Below are positions 61,987 through 64,000 of a stretch of 64,000 nucleotides of DNA, one piece after another. Each line of letters starts with the position of its first letter. Position 1 is the first letter of the stretch. The stretch is taken from the NCBI RefSeq assembly GCF_040938485.1, contig NW_027271416.1:1-64000 (forward strand). The letters run 5' to 3'. The position numbers and the translations under genes were made by a program. The notes beneath the pieces are model-generated. The model was given only the letters and a program-made list of their open reading frames with translations. It did no database searches and was not told the origin of the DNA. The stretch comes from Diadema antillarum. Lineage: Eukaryota.

Positions 61987-62285
61987 GGTTTTCCCTGCCA
62001 ATTTCGCACTTTTGTCAGTCCATTTGATAAAAGGTTCATTCAATTTAGCAAAAATCCTCGTCACTACTCATTCTGTCATTCAAAATTTCAACTTGTTCGT
62101 GCAATTTAGCATTTCGATCAATGAAATTCGCACATGTGCCTTCCGAATTCGTAAAACGGGCATTCAAATTGGCACGTGCTCTTCAGTCATTCAAATTCGC
62201 CAGCACTGGCGGAAAATGCATTTCAGTCATTCAATTTCGCGTATGGGCATTCAAATTCCAAACATGTTCATTCAAATTACCGTGA
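61987..62285. mobile_element. Partial copy of the same TIR element family as 1109-1683
   Basis: Begins TA|ggttttccctgccaatttcgcactttt and matches the end of the 1109-1683 copy in inverted orientation. Confidence 0.6.
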
Positions 62286-63009
62286 TGTTATTTCTATTTT
62301 GAAAAGGTGAGAACCGTGATTTATAAATATTTAAATGTGAATTTTTGTTTCATGCACACACTGATAAGTATACATGTATAGTAAAGGTATCTTTGACTCT
62401 AAATAACTCAAGTTTGTTGTTCTATAACGCCCAGCTTCTTTCATACATGTTATCAGAACTATGCATGCACCAGTACCATAGATTCACTTCACTTTCTTAT
62501 GTCCAGTCATGGCAGCACGAATGAGATACAGGCGTATCTTTCAGGAAGACAGGGAAACAATCACAGAAGCATTTGAGGGTAATAACCTTGACAAATAGAT
62601 GGCTAGAGCTGATCCAAGAACTTTATTCCTACTGATGATTAACGCAATATAGCATCCACCAAATGAAAATAATGAAACATGCAGACGAAAGAAATAATCA
62701 CGATGTAAATTGAAACCTCATTCTCCCAATGTCAAAAGAAATTGAAGATTAATATATATATTACAACTTGCTTTGTATCAGAGTGAACTGCAGGAAGGAT
62801 TTGCACAAACAGTAATATGCGGGTTTTTGCCTAAATTTATTTATACTAATTTTTATGGCCCAGTCCTGTCAAGTTTTTCGGTTTCCGTATTTACTCACTT
62901 CTCTTCTTTATCACAGTTTCAGCTTGTAATCATATGTCAATTTGTTTACGGGTTAATTTTAGGTATACATGAAACTGACACTTATGTAGCAATTCATCAA
63001 ACAAACATA

Positions 63010-63046
<37 letters not shown>

Positions 63047-63119
63047 CCGCGTTTTCTCACCGCATTGCATTTCGGTAATGTCTTGTATAAGTAAAGCAGT
63101 GTACACGTCACAAGACCAA

Positions 63120-63960
63120 CACCCACGAGTCATACAGCCCACGAGTTATACAGCTCACAAGTCATACTACCTACTAATTATAAGCCCACGAGTTCAACAG
63201 TAAGTAAATAAAGCCAATGAGTTCGACATCAAGTTAAGTAAGCCCATCACGAGTTATACAGTCCATAAGTTCGACACTACGCACGAAAGGCCCACGAAAC
63301 CAACACAACGCTATTAAATGCCCACGAGACTGACACTAAGGATCACGAGACCGACACCATACACTGAAAAGGATCACGAGACCGACACTAAGGGTGGGAT
63401 TTCACGGGGCACGCGAACGATTTGCGAAGGACGCGAATGGCAAAATCCAGCGTTCGCATTTTGGTCTGCAAAAGATCGCCAAACGAACGTGAGGGTTCGG
63501 AAGCGTCGTCAATTGTTCGCGAATGTCGTTTTTACTTCGGCGAGAATTTCAAAAAAGTTTGAAATTTTCTGCGAACCTTTTCCGCACACTTGGTCGTGAT
63601 TTGCTCGTGAATTGTTCTCGAAAGTGTCTTTAAAGCCTCGTCATATATGCGCAAGACCTTCGCAAGACACGCGAGATGTTCGCAAAATGTTCGTTAAACC
63701 CCAAACAGACTCCGAAACTTTGGGTGGGATTTCACGAAGCACGCGAACGATTTGCGAAGGATGCGAATGACAAAATCCAACATTCGGAAAAGTTTTTCTC
63801 CGAATGTGTTCCGACAATGAAGCCGAAAACTATTCTTGCGCAATTTGTGCGAAGTTCCCACGACGTATGTGCGATTGTCGTGTGTATCATTGCCTAAAGT
63901 ACAGCATGTTACGTACACGAAGAACACGCGACGGAAATGCGAACAACGAAACATTTTCAA
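63120..63960. repeat. Transposon-end-like repeats: cccacgag motif array, then two copies of gggtgggatttcacg..gcacgcgaacgatttgcgaagg (63392, 63722)
   Basis: Direct internal repeats seen in the sequence. The element probably continues beyond the window. Confidence 0.45.
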
Positions 63961-64000
63961 TAATCATGGGAGAAAATGTAGCAAGGAGAGGTGGAAGCAT

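Overview
Eukaryotic, AT-rich genomic DNA with introns, two assembly gaps and many MITEs and microsatellites. It is most likely from a sea urchin (echinoid), inferred from the pmar1/micro1-type genes. Left part: a complex minisatellite (~0.8-3.7 kb) and a 9-exon minus-strand inositol polyphosphate 5-phosphatase K gene with a SKICH domain (9870-25085, 446 aa reconstructed by hand), whose introns hold nested TIR elements, a SINE and a LINE fragment. Right part (26.8-62 kb): a tandem and inverted cluster of paired-class Q50 homeobox genes with two eh1-like MSVDFLS motifs (pmar1/micro1-like). It is built from a duplicated ~10-11 kb unit carrying one plus-strand and one minus-strand gene, plus a further partial duplication. 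I count 7 loci: 3 intact (A, B, C), 1 with a lost start codon and R53H (D), 1 frameshifted exon-1-only pseudogene (E), and 2 highly decayed exon-1 relics missed by the ORF track. A TRIM (RING/B-box/coiled-coil/beta-propeller) gene with a single coding exon sits inside the cluster. The most interesting signals are an apparent gene-conversion tract that homogenises the eh1 region between two divergent subfamilies, the birth-and-death structure of the cluster, and an inverted CCAAT pair upstream of all four full-length copies. All alignments were done by eye and no database searches were run.
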